In this document: positions 1 to 8,731 of the stretch, piece after piece
Numbering within the stretch: the stretch's first letter is position 1
Layout: the number at the start of each line of letters is the position of its first letter
Source of the DNA: a bacterium
GTDB taxonomy: Bacteria > Lindowbacteria > 2-12-FULL-62-27
DNA length: 64,000 bases
Direction of reading: 5' to 3'
Assembly (NCBI GenBank): GCA_016202645.1
Contig: JACQOF010000097.1
Span: 16,955-80,954 of the forward strand
Translations under genes and position numbers: made by a program
The notes under the pieces: model-generated
What the model saw: only the letters and a program-made list of their open reading frames with translations
The model's database searches: none
Told to the model about the DNA's origin: nothing

Positions 1-813
1 GTCGTGCAGCGTCTGGATGGGGTTTTTTTTGATGCCAACGGAAATTACCGGAAACAAAATCAGCCATTGAAAGACGTGTACGACCTGGCTGACCATGTGA
101 TTTTTCAGAGCGAATTCAGCCTGGAGATGGCAAGCCGGTATCTGGGGCGGCCAGGCCGGCACCGGATCATTTACAACGCCGCGGATCCGGCCGTGTTCAA
201 TCCCGATGGATCGACCCGCCGCCCCCCCTATGACCACGTTCTTCTGGCGGCGTCCCGCTGGCGTCCCCACAAACGTCTGAGAGACCTCCTGGCCGCGTTT
301 GATCATCTTCGAGACGGAAAAACGTGCCTTGTGCTTGCCGGGTCCGCCGCTGGGCTGAGTGAATTGCCCCGGCCGGGTGCGGACGTGCTGACGCTGGGGG
401 ATATTTCCCAGTTGGAACTGTCCGAGTGGATGCGCGGCGCGGACGTTTTCGTCCATCCCGCCTGGCGGGACTGGTGCCCGAATGTTGTCGTGCAGTCTCT
501 GGCCTGCGGCGTTCCCGTCGTCTGCCCGGATATGGGCGGAACGAAAGAGATTGTGGGGGAGGCCGGGCTGGTTCTGGATTCCGGAGAGACAGAGACATAC
601 GAGCCGCTGCCCCTATACGACGAATCTCAGATCGCCCGCCTTGATTCTTTGAAACTCGCGGAAGCCATCACGTCGGTCCTGGCCCGCAAAGCGGAGTATT
701 GGGTCCGGGCCGTCAGACGCACGGAGACTGTTCTTTCCATGAACCTTGCCGCGCGGTCCTATCTCGAAGTTTTCGAGCAGGCCATGCGTCGCGAGGAAGT
801 CAGCGTCGGCTGA
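1..813 (+). CDS. Glycosyltransferase, GT-B fold family 1/4, C-terminal portion (5' end outside window)
   Basis: The reading frame is open to position 1. It carries the GT1/GT4 C-terminal sugar-nucleotide binding signature FVHPAWRDWCPNVVVQSLACGVPVVCPDMGGTKEIVGEAG. Confidence 0.8.
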   Translation, partial: VVQRLDGVFFDANGNYRKQNQPLKDVYDLADHVIFQSEFSLEMASRYLGRPGRHRIIYNAADPAVFNPDGSTRRPPYDHVLLAASRWRPHKRLRDLLAAFDHLRDGKTCLVLAGSAAGLSELPRPGADVLTLGDISQLELSEWMRGADVFVHPAWRDWCPNVVVQSLACGVPVVCPDMGGTKEIVGEAGLVLDSGETETYEPLPLYDESQIARLDSLKLAEAITSVLARKAEYWVRAVRRTETVLSMNLAARSYLEVFEQAMRREEVSVG

Positions 814-833
814 TGTTTCGTAACGATTCAGAT

Positions 834-920
834 CGTCATTCCCGCGAAAGCGGGAATCCAGATTATCGCAGGGCGGACTGGATTCCCGCTTTCGCGGGAA
901 TGACGGAGAGGGCCGAATAG
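834..920. repeat. Double-hairpin palindromic intergenic repeat, copy A (HSRESGNP/IPAFAGMT-type element)
   Basis: cgtcATTCCCGCgaaaGCGGGAATccag...ctggATTCCCGCtttcGCGGGAATgacgg: two 8-bp-stem hairpins that are inverted copies of each other. Near-identical to 35375-35461, with 2 mismatches over 87 nt. Lies between two CDSs. Confidence 0.9.
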
Positions 921-925
921 TAACG

Positions 926-2125
926 ATGTTTCAGAAATTTCTGTGTCTGGTCGGGCGGCACTGGTACAATGATATTCTTCTGCGCCAGTTTCAGGCCCAC
1001 GGTCTGAATGCCCATACCTGTTCGCTTCCCGCCCCTCTTTCGGATTCACCGCCGCTCGATTCCAGCCTGCTCTATGATCTCCCACGGGATGACACCACCC
1101 CCCCGGACGCCGTCCTGGTGGACGACATGTTCTGGAACGCGTGTCTCAGGAAATTCGGCGCCCCGGCGATCCGCTCCCTCGTCCGGGATCTGTCCCGTGG
1201 CGGCGCGGTGCCGGTCGTGGCGCTGGATCACGGAGACACCCTTCAATCGAAATTCCGCTCCAGCGACGTCGGTGAATTTGACCTTATTCTCAAGGCCCAC
1301 GGCCTGCCGCGCGACCGGGACCTCATGAACTGGGAGGTTGGCGTTCGGTGGGGACTCAATCGCCGGGAAAAAATCCGGAAAATTTCCAACCCTGAATGGC
1401 GCTACAGCCCCCGACAGCTCGACAAGTTCCGTCTTTCTTTCGATCTCGGCATGGCCTACTGCGGCCGCCGGATTCACCCTCTGCCTGGATTTTTCGAACC
1501 CTTTGACGTTTTCTTTGCCGGCGCATTCAACAGCCTGAACCGTCTCGAAGGCCTGAAGCTTTGCAAGCGCCGGTTCCGGACGCTCGGGCGGCTTGTCCGT
1601 CTGGCCGCCGATCATCCGATCGTGGGTCTGGAGGAGGGCGGCGCCCGCCGCGAAACCCTGGTGTGGGACGAGATTTATGCGCGGCGGCGCAAGTTGAGCG
1701 CGGAATGGATTGATCGTCACCCGGAGCTTTTCGGCCGCCCGATTTCGTCCGGACGGTTCACGGCGATGGCAGTCTTATCCAAAATCATGCCGGCCTTTTC
1801 AGGCATCGGCGAGCTCGGTCCGCGCCACTATCAGGCTCTTTCTTTCGGAAAACTTCTCTTGTGCGAGGATCTCAGTCACGTCGAGACTCATTTTCCGTTT
1901 CGGGACGGCGAGACCTGTGTCCATGTCTCGGACCGTCTGGAGGATCTTGAAACCCGGGTCCGGGAACTGTTGACGGACGCCGCCCGGCGCAAGCGAATCG
2001 CCCGGGAGGGATTTGAGCGGTTCCGGGAATGTTATGGGGACGGTTCAAAAATGTTCCGGGACTGTTTTCTCCGGCATCTGGAAGATGCCGCCCACGTGTC
2101 CATCACCGCGGCCGCCGGTTACTAA
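926..2125 (+). CDS. Putative glycosyltransferase-like protein (CgeB / Glyco_trans_1_2-like C-terminal half)
   Basis: 399-aa ORF. The C-terminus (FGKLLLCEDLSHVETHFPFRDGETCVHVSDRLEDLETRVRELLTDAARRKRIAREGFERFRECY) resembles the C-terminal half of CgeB-type GT-B proteins. The N-terminal part is unassigned. Confidence 0.5.
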   Translation: MFQKFLCLVGRHWYNDILLRQFQAHGLNAHTCSLPAPLSDSPPLDSSLLYDLPRDDTTPPDAVLVDDMFWNACLRKFGAPAIRSLVRDLSRGGAVPVVALDHGDTLQSKFRSSDVGEFDLILKAHGLPRDRDLMNWEVGVRWGLNRREKIRKISNPEWRYSPRQLDKFRLSFDLGMAYCGRRIHPLPGFFEPFDVFFAGAFNSLNRLEGLKLCKRRFRTLGRLVRLAADHPIVGLEEGGARRETLVWDEIYARRRKLSAEWIDRHPELFGRPISSGRFTAMAVLSKIMPAFSGIGELGPRHYQALSFGKLLLCEDLSHVETHFPFRDGETCVHVSDRLEDLETRVRELLTDAARRKRIAREGFERFRECYGDGSKMFRDCFLRHLEDAAHVSITAAAGY

Positions 2126-2155
2126 GGGAGCAGATAATGTCCGACATGTCCCGCT

Positions 2156-2239
2156 CGTCATTCCCGCGAAAGCGGGAATCCAGAGGCTGTCGCGTCCTCA
2201 GATACGGCGACTGGACCCCCGCTTTCGCGGGGGTGACGG
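2156..2239. repeat. Double-hairpin palindromic intergenic repeat, copy B
   Basis: The left arm is identical to copy A (cgtcattcccgcgaaagcgggaatccag). The right arm carries compensatory changes (ACCCCCGCtttcGCGGGGGT) that preserve the stem. Confidence 0.85.
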
Positions 2240-2249
2240 TCTCGCCGAC

Positions 2250-2882
2250 ATGAAGGTGGATGTCAGGGATCAGCTGATTTCGCTCATTCGGAAATGGGAC
2301 GATCTCTACCGCGAATGGAGCGATCTCACGATATCCTACTGCGGCGGCGTCCACGCCAAACACCGGTTCAGCCCGAGGGAGGACTGGTTCCGCCCGTGGC
2401 TCGGCCGGGAGGACACAGTGATCGATCTTGGGTGCGCCCACGGGAAAATCCTGCATGCGCTTGCCCCCCATATCCGGCGGGGAATCGGGCTGGATCACAA
2501 TCCCGAACATATTCGGACGGCGCGGACACGCTTTCAGGCGCCGAACATCCAGTTTTACGAGGGGGAGATAGAATCGAGTCCCTGGCCGTTTGACGACCGC
2601 GCGGATGGGGTCATCCTGTCGCACGTTCTGGAACATGTCGAAGACTCGGTGGGACTTCTTCGCCGCCTGAACACCCGCCGGGTTCTGATTCTGGTGCCCG
2701 GCACGGACGATTGGATTTCACAGCTGAAACACGAACTGGGGTATGACCGGTTCCGGGACGACGACCACAAGCGCGAGTACGGCCGGGAGGATCTGATCCG
2801 GGAAGTTGAAGCGGCTGGGTTTTCCGTCAGAGACATCCGATACACGGAAACCGGAAACCTGTTTTGCGTGGCGGATCATTGA
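2250..2882 (+). CDS. Class I SAM-dependent methyltransferase
   Basis: Motif I is VIDLGCAHGK and the acidic loop is GLDHN. The ORF-track ORF begins at 2013, but its first 79 codons only translate repeat copy B. The first in-frame ATG after the repeat is at 2250 (MKVDVRDQ...). Confidence 0.75.
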   Translation: MKVDVRDQLISLIRKWDDLYREWSDLTISYCGGVHAKHRFSPREDWFRPWLGREDTVIDLGCAHGKILHALAPHIRRGIGLDHNPEHIRTARTRFQAPNIQFYEGEIESSPWPFDDRADGVILSHVLEHVEDSVGLLRRLNTRRVLILVPGTDDWISQLKHELGYDRFRDDDHKREYGREDLIREVEAAGFSVRDIRYTETGNLFCVADH

Positions 2883-2953
2883 CCGTATCTTCGCTTGACA
2901 GTTCCCGCCGCCTCTCCTAACATTTTTACCGGCCATGAGAGTGAGAGGGGGAT

Positions 2954-3970
2954 TTGGAGATCTTGGTTAAAGCCATTGTTGTGGGTGGAATGGGGTTTAT
3001 CGGGAGTCATTTAACGGAGAGGCTTCTGGCGGAGGGTGTCGACGTAACGGTCCTCGATAATCTCTCCACCGGGCGCCGGTCCAATCTCGAACATCTGGAA
3101 CCTCACCCCCGTTTGAAATTTTTTGAGGTGGATGTCGCATCCTCCGAACCTCTGGAACCCCTCTTTGAGGGCGCGGACTGGGTATTTCATCTGGCCGGCC
3201 TGGCCGATTTGATTCCTTCCATCGAAAAACCCTTCGATTACTTCACCCACAACGTAACGGGAACCGTCCGGGTGCTGGAGGCGGCCAGAAATCAGGGTGT
3301 CTCCAGGCTGGTCTATGCCGCATCCTCGTCGTCGTATGGTCTCCCGGATATTTTCCCGACACCCGAAACGGCGCCCCTCCGGCCGGAACACCCCTATGCC
3401 TTCAGCAAATACCTGGGAGAACAGGCCGTTCTCCACTGGGGCAGGGTCTATCATCTGGGTGTGGTGTCTCTCCGTCTTTTCAACGTCTTCGGCCCGCGCG
3501 CCCGCACGACGGGCGCGTACGGCGCGGTGTTCGGCGTGTTTCTGGCCCAGAAACTTCGAAATCACCCTCTCACGATTGTGGGAGACGGCAATCAGACCCG
3601 TGATTTTATCTACGTGACGGACGTCGCGGAGGCGTTTGTCAGCGCCGCCCGAAGCGGCGTCCAGGGGGAAGTATTCAACGTCGGCTCGGGCGGAACCTGC
3701 TCCATTCGATATCTGGCCCAATTGATCGGAGGGCCGCGGGTGTTCGTTCCCAAGCGTCCGGGGGAACCGGATTGCACGTTCGCCGACATTTCCAAAATTC
3801 AGAACACCCTGGGTTGGAAACCGCGCGTCCCCTTTGAGGAGGGCGTCCGGCGGCTTTTGGAACATCTGGGGGACTGGAAGGACGCGCCGGTGTGGACACC
3901 CGACGCCATAGCCGGGGCCACTCGGGAATGGTTCCAGCGTCTGTCGCCGCGGATGGCGGAGGTCGGCTGA
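2954..3970 (+). CDS. NAD-dependent epimerase/dehydratase (extended SDR, UDP-sugar 4-epimerase/decarboxylase-like)
   Basis: Rossmann motif GGMGFIGSHL and catalytic YAFSKYLGE (YxxxK). The start is a non-ATG codon in the ORF track, so it is uncertain. Confidence 0.8.
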   Translation: MEILVKAIVVGGMGFIGSHLTERLLAEGVDVTVLDNLSTGRRSNLEHLEPHPRLKFFEVDVASSEPLEPLFEGADWVFHLAGLADLIPSIEKPFDYFTHNVTGTVRVLEAARNQGVSRLVYAASSSSYGLPDIFPTPETAPLRPEHPYAFSKYLGEQAVLHWGRVYHLGVVSLRLFNVFGPRARTTGAYGAVFGVFLAQKLRNHPLTIVGDGNQTRDFIYVTDVAEAFVSAARSGVQGEVFNVGSGGTCSIRYLAQLIGGPRVFVPKRPGEPDCTFADISKIQNTLGWKPRVPFEEGVRRLLEHLGDWKDAPVWTPDAIAGATREWFQRLSPRMAEVG

Positions 3971-3975
3971 ATCCC

Positions 3976-5505
3976 ATGCGATCCACTCTGGAAAAAATTC
4001 TGTCTCTGGAAGAATTAACGGAACGGCTGACGGAGGAACGCGAACAGGGGCGGCGGATCGTCCATTGCCACGGCGTATTTGATCTCCTCCATCCGGGACA
4101 TATCCATCACTTGAAATCCGCCCGTAAACTGGGAGACCTGCTCGTGGTCACGGTCACCCCCGATCCATTCGTCAACAAAGGCCCGGGTCGGCCCATTTTC
4201 CGGCAGGAACTGCGGGTGGAAACATTGTCGACCCTGGAGTATGTCGACTATGTGGCCCTGAATCTCTGGCCCACGGCCGTTGAAACCATCCGCAGGCTCA
4301 AGCCCCACATTTACGTCAAAGGAAAAGAATACGCGAATGCGGCCAGGGACGTCACGGGGAAAATCTCCGAAGAGGCCGGGGCCGTCGAGGAGGTGGGCGG
4401 CCGGATCGTGTTTACGGACGGCGAAACCTTCAGTTCCAGCCACTTGATCAACCGCTTCTTCAGCCCCTATCCGCCGGCCACGGACACGTTCCTCAGGGAG
4501 TTTCGAAAAATCCATTCGGCCGATGACGTGATCGAAAATTTGAAACGCCTGTCGGCGCTCAGGGTGATGGTGGTCGGCGAGGCCATCATTGACGAGTATT
4601 GCTACTGCAACCCGCTCGGGAAATCCCCCAAGGAAACCATCGTCGCGACGCGATTTCTTCAGGAAGAACGCTTCGCCGGCGGCGCCCTGGCGACGGCCAA
4701 CCATCTGGCAAATTTTTGCGAACGCGTCACGCTGGTCACGCCGTTCGGCCAGGACCCGAGAGACATCGATTTCGTGCGGTCGAAAATGCACCCCGGCGTG
4801 GATCTTCGGACCCTGACCACCGACAACCGCCCCACGGTGATCAAACGCCGCTATGTGGAGCCGGCTTTCATGACGAAAATGTTTGAAATCCAGTATTTGG
4901 ATGACCGTCCGATGTCGGCTGAGCTTGAGGAGGCCGCGGTATCGATTTTTGAGGAAAGGGCGGCCCAGACGGATTTGATCGTCGTCAATGATTTCGGCCA
5001 TGGATTTCTAACCGAACGGCTCCGCCGGTGGCTGGCCGGCTCTGGAAAATTTTTGGCGGTGAACGCCCAGACCAACAGCGCCAACCATGGTTTCAATCCG
5101 GTGACCAAATACGAGCGCGCGGACTACGTCTGCATCGACGAACCGGAATTACATCTGGCTTCCGGCACGCGGTACCGGGAGACCCACCATCTGGCCATGG
5201 ATTTGAAACGGAAAATGAAGGCCCATTACCTGACGGTGAGCCGGGGGCCGGAGGGATGTGTCGTGCTGAACAACCGGCCGGAAGCCGCGCGCGTCCCTGT
5301 GATGTCGACTCGCGTCATCGATCGGACCGGGGCGGGTGATGCTCTCTTTGCCGTGACATCTCCCTGCGTCTACAGGGAATTCGATCCCGTCCTCCTCGGA
5401 TTTATCGGGAATTGCGTGGGCGCCCTGGCCGTCGAGACGGTCTGCAACCGGGAGCCCATTCGGGCCGCGAATCTTTTCAAATTTATTTCCGCCCTGTTGA
5501 AATAA
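3976..5505 (+). CDS. Bifunctional cytidylyltransferase-fold nucleotidyltransferase / PfkB sugar kinase (HldE/RfaE-like, domains in reversed order)
   Basis: The N-terminus has HxGH (CHGVFDLLHPGHIHHLKSA). The C-terminal half is PfkB-like (VMVVGEAIIDEY ... DRTGAGDALFAV). I chose the ATG at 3976 (MRSTLEKIL) because it sits just after the upstream stop. Confidence 0.8.
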   Translation: MRSTLEKILSLEELTERLTEEREQGRRIVHCHGVFDLLHPGHIHHLKSARKLGDLLVVTVTPDPFVNKGPGRPIFRQELRVETLSTLEYVDYVALNLWPTAVETIRRLKPHIYVKGKEYANAARDVTGKISEEAGAVEEVGGRIVFTDGETFSSSHLINRFFSPYPPATDTFLREFRKIHSADDVIENLKRLSALRVMVVGEAIIDEYCYCNPLGKSPKETIVATRFLQEERFAGGALATANHLANFCERVTLVTPFGQDPRDIDFVRSKMHPGVDLRTLTTDNRPTVIKRRYVEPAFMTKMFEIQYLDDRPMSAELEEAAVSIFEERAAQTDLIVVNDFGHGFLTERLRRWLAGSGKFLAVNAQTNSANHGFNPVTKYERADYVCIDEPELHLASGTRYRETHHLAMDLKRKMKAHYLTVSRGPEGCVVLNNRPEAARVPVMSTRVIDRTGAGDALFAVTSPCVYREFDPVLLGFIGNCVGALAVETVCNREPIRAANLFKFISALLK

Positions 5506-5513
5506 CCCCATCC

Positions 5514-6128
5514 ATGACACCCGATTCCGCCATCCAATTTTTGAAGCGGCTGGATCAAATCCGGACGGACACCCGCGTCACTTCCCAGGGCCGGGACATC
5601 CCGCTGGCGGAGGGGTTGGGGCTTGGCGTGGATCTTCTGCGCAAGTCCCATCGGCTGGGGCACAAGCTCATGTTCATCGGAAACGGCGGAAGCGCCGCCA
5701 TCGCCAGCCATCTGACGCTCGATTTCTGGAGGGCCGCCGGATTCAACACCCTGGGGTTTAACGATCCCAGCCAGCTGACCTGCATGGCCAACGATTTCGG
5801 ATTCGAAAACGTTTTCGCCGAACCCATCCGCCGCGACGCCCGTCTCGGGGATGTTCTCGTGGCGATCAGCAGTTCCGGCAAATCGCCCAATATTCTCATC
5901 GGGACGGCCGCCGCGAAAAAAAAGGGGTGCGCGGTCATCACGTTTTCCGGATTTGAGCCGGCCAATCCATTGCGGTCCCTCGGAGATTTGAATTTTTATG
6001 TTCCTTCAGCCTCTTACGCCCTCGTCGAAATCGCCCATCTGGCGCTCCTGGGCGCCATGATGGAGGAGAGCATCGCCCGGGGGAAATCCCCGGCCGGGAG
6101 GAAAAAATCGGCCCCGGCCGTCCGATGA
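5514..6128 (+). CDS. gmhA: Phosphoheptose (sedoheptulose-7-phosphate) isomerase, SIS domain
   Basis: SIS motifs KLMFIGNGGSAAIASHLTLDF and LVAISSSGKSPNIL. Size ~200 aa. The start at 5514 follows the upstream stop, and the ORF-track N-terminal extension overlaps the previous gene. Confidence 0.8.
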   Translation: MTPDSAIQFLKRLDQIRTDTRVTSQGRDIPLAEGLGLGVDLLRKSHRLGHKLMFIGNGGSAAIASHLTLDFWRAAGFNTLGFNDPSQLTCMANDFGFENVFAEPIRRDARLGDVLVAISSSGKSPNILIGTAAAKKKGCAVITFSGFEPANPLRSLGDLNFYVPSASYALVEIAHLALLGAMMEESIARGKSPAGRKKSAPAVR

Positions 6129-7138
6129 AAAAAATCGCCATCCTGGGCGGCGCCGGCTACGTGGGTTCTGCGCTTACGCCGTATCTGCTCTCCCTCGGAT
6201 ATGCCGTCAACGTCATTGACCTCTTCTTCTATGGGGAGCGGGTCTTTGACGATATCCGCGCCCACCCGGCCCTCCGATTGATCCGCGGCGACGTCCGGGA
6301 CACGGACCTCCTGGAAAAGGAATTGAAAGGCATGGACGCCGTCGTGCATCTTGCCTGCATCTCGAACGATCCGAGTTTTGAACTCGACCCACAGCTTGGG
6401 AAATCCATCAATTATGACGCCTTCGACGGGATTTTGCGGGCGACGGTGTCCGGCGGCGCGGCGCGGTTTCTATACGCGTCAAGCTCCAGCGTCTATGGGG
6501 TAAGCGATGCGCCGGAGGTCCGGGAGGATTGCCCCTGCGCGCCGCTGACGGATTATTCAAAATACAAATGGATGTGCGAGGACCTCCTGAACCACACCGA
6601 TCTGGGTCAATGCGCTCCTGTCATTTTAAGGCCGGCCACCGTCTGCGGTTACGCCCCCCGCCTGAGACTCGACCTCATCGTCAACATCCTCGCGGCGCAG
6701 GCCCTCATCACCAAAAAAATCACCGTACACGGCGGGGAGCAACGAAGACCGAACATCCACATTCGGGACATGATCGAGGCCTACAGGGTTCTCTTGGAAG
6801 CGCCGGCCGACAAAGTGGCGGGGGAGACATTCAACGTGGGATTCGAAAACCAGACCGTCGCGGATCTTGCCGAAATGGTGCGGGCGGAAACAGGCCCGGA
6901 CGATGTGTCCATCGAAACCCTTCCGGTGATGGACAGCCGATCCTACCGCATCAATTCTGAAAAAATGACCCGGCGCCTCGGATTCCGGGCCTCCCGGACG
7001 ATTCGGGACGCCGTTCGGAGCCTCGCCGAGGCCTTGCAAAAAGGCCTCATCACGGATCCGCTGAACAATTCCCTCTATTACAACGTCCGACGGATGCGGG
7101 AAATCCGCGCCGCCGACTGGCAGCCGGTGTATGGCTGA
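6125..7138 (+). CDS. NAD-dependent epimerase/dehydratase (SDR)
   Basis: ILGGAGYVGSAL Rossmann motif and YSKYKWMCE (YxxxK). ATGA start/stop overlap with gmhA. Confidence 0.8.
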   Translation: MKKIAILGGAGYVGSALTPYLLSLGYAVNVIDLFFYGERVFDDIRAHPALRLIRGDVRDTDLLEKELKGMDAVVHLACISNDPSFELDPQLGKSINYDAFDGILRATVSGGAARFLYASSSSVYGVSDAPEVREDCPCAPLTDYSKYKWMCEDLLNHTDLGQCAPVILRPATVCGYAPRLRLDLIVNILAAQALITKKITVHGGEQRRPNIHIRDMIEAYRVLLEAPADKVAGETFNVGFENQTVADLAEMVRAETGPDDVSIETLPVMDSRSYRINSEKMTRRLGFRASRTIRDAVRSLAEALQKGLITDPLNNSLYYNVRRMREIRAADWQPVYG

Positions 7139-7153
7139 AGCCGCGCCGCGATT

Positions 7154-8146
7154 GTGATGAAGACCTGCGTGGTCCTGGGGAGCAACTGTTTCTCGGGGAG
7201 CCATCTGATCGACGCCCTCATGGACGATCCCCGGTACAGGGTCATCGGCGTCAGCCGGTCGCCGGAGCCGTCGGATCTGTATCTTCCCTACAAGCGCAGG
7301 TCCGCCGGGAATTTTTCTTTCCACAGGTGCGACCTGGCCGCCGGGATGGACGAGTTCATTCCGTGGCTGGACGAGATCCGCCCGGACATCATCGTCAACT
7401 TCGCCGCCCTCAGCGAAGTGTTTCAGAGCAATCTCACGCCGGAGGAATACTACAGGATCAATTGCTCGGCCGTGGTCCAATTGTCCAATGCGCTGAGATC
7501 GAGGGATTATCTGGAGCGCTACGTTCACATATCCTCCGCCGAAGTCTATGGGAATTGCTCCCGGCCTGTTTCTGAATCAGAGCCTCTCCGGCCCACAACG
7601 CCGTATGCGGCCTCCAAAGCCGCCGCGGACATGTATCTGGCCACTCTCATCCGGCATTTCCGCTTTCCGGCCGTCATCATTCGCTCGACCAATGTTTACG
7701 GAATGCGGCAGCAACTCTACAAGATTATTCCAAGAACGGTCATCCGCCTGCGACTCGATGAAAAAATTGAACTGCATGGCGGCGGCTTGATGATCCGGCC
7801 GTTTGTCCACATCCGGGACGTGGTTGCCGGGATTAAAGCGGTCATCGAGCGCGGCAATCCCGGGGAAATCCACCATTTCTCGACGGATCTCCACCTGAGC
7901 ATTTCGGACGTGGTTCGCCGAATCTGCGAGGCTCTCGAATATGACTTCGATGAGTCCACGACGGCGGTGGACGAGCGGAGCGGACAGGACCAGGCCTATC
8001 TGTTGGATGATTCAAAAGCCCGGCGGGAATTGGGATGGGAACCGAAAATATCCTTCGATGAGGGCCTGGAAGAAGTCATCCGGTGGATCGACCGGGACTG
8101 GGATGCCATTCTGGCTGAAACATTGACGTACATCCACCGCCCATGA
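7154..8146 (+). CDS. NDP-sugar 4,6-dehydratase-like SDR
   Basis: VLGSNCFSGSHL, the SSAEVYG segment and YAASKAAADMY are typical of RfbB/Gmd-type dehydratases. Confidence 0.75.
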   Translation: MMKTCVVLGSNCFSGSHLIDALMDDPRYRVIGVSRSPEPSDLYLPYKRRSAGNFSFHRCDLAAGMDEFIPWLDEIRPDIIVNFAALSEVFQSNLTPEEYYRINCSAVVQLSNALRSRDYLERYVHISSAEVYGNCSRPVSESEPLRPTTPYAASKAAADMYLATLIRHFRFPAVIIRSTNVYGMRQQLYKIIPRTVIRLRLDEKIELHGGGLMIRPFVHIRDVVAGIKAVIERGNPGEIHHFSTDLHLSISDVVRRICEALEYDFDESTTAVDERSGQDQAYLLDDSKARRELGWEPKISFDEGLEEVIRWIDRDWDAILAETLTYIHRP

Positions 8147-8682
8147 AGGCCGCGGTCCTCTTCATCCGGTCGGGAACGCTGGATCATTCCCGGAGGCTTC
8201 TCCGCGAGGCCCGGGAACGCCGCCGCCCGGCGGAGGGCGTGGATTGGATTTTGATTCTTCAGCCGGGCGTGGAAAAGGAATTTCAGGATTTCATCCGGGA
8301 AACCGGCGCCGTTGTCCTCACGTACGACCGGCCCGTATTCTCGTTCAATGACCTGAATGCGGCTTTTGGCGCCCGGCTCTCGACCGAGACCTTTCTGGAG
8401 GCCTATGTGCCGTTCAACAACCCGGAAGGCCATGGATATTTCCATATCCTTCGTTTCTTGTCGGGCCTCGGAGTCCCCCGCATTCTGATCCAGCGGGTGG
8501 ATGGGCCCATCGAGGATATGTCCCTGAAAAAATTCGTCCTGCAGCACGCGTTCTTCAAAGCTCTGTGGATTTCGGAAACGGCCATCCTCGTGATTTTAAT
8601 TCCGTTCATCGCCCTCTATTATCTGTTCAAGTCCATTTTCATGCGCCTGCAAAACCGGCTGCGGACCGCGCGAAATGCCTGA
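8143..8682 (+). CDS. Hypothetical protein with C-terminal transmembrane helix
   Basis: ATGA overlap with the upstream gene suggests translational coupling. Hydrophobic C-terminal segment ILVILIPFIALYYLF. No recognisable motif. Confidence 0.5.
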   Translation: MKAAVLFIRSGTLDHSRRLLREARERRRPAEGVDWILILQPGVEKEFQDFIRETGAVVLTYDRPVFSFNDLNAAFGARLSTETFLEAYVPFNNPEGHGYFHILRFLSGLGVPRILIQRVDGPIEDMSLKKFVLQHAFFKALWISETAILVILIPFIALYYLFKSIFMRLQNRLRTARNA

Positions 8683-8731
8683 GACCCCTGTCCGCGTTCC
8701 GCTGCCGATTTAAAGCGGGGAGGGTCCGCGG

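Noticed and set aside
699-920. Small ORFs encoding ...HSRESGNP...IPAFAGMT... peptides (also 828-1085, 2029-2253, 35267-35461, 51762-52058, 51952-52218)
   Set aside because: They are translations of the palindromic double-hairpin repeat on either strand. The conservation is at nucleotide/structure level with compensatory stem changes, not at protein level.
2013-2249. N-terminal extensions of ORF-track ORFs (2013, 3892, 5412, 34439-35488, 41743, 48087-48890, 57702-58349, 62147-62701)
   Set aside because: The extensions overlap upstream genes or repeats and are P/R/G-rich. Internal ATGs placed right after the upstream stop give N-termini matching the expected family starts.
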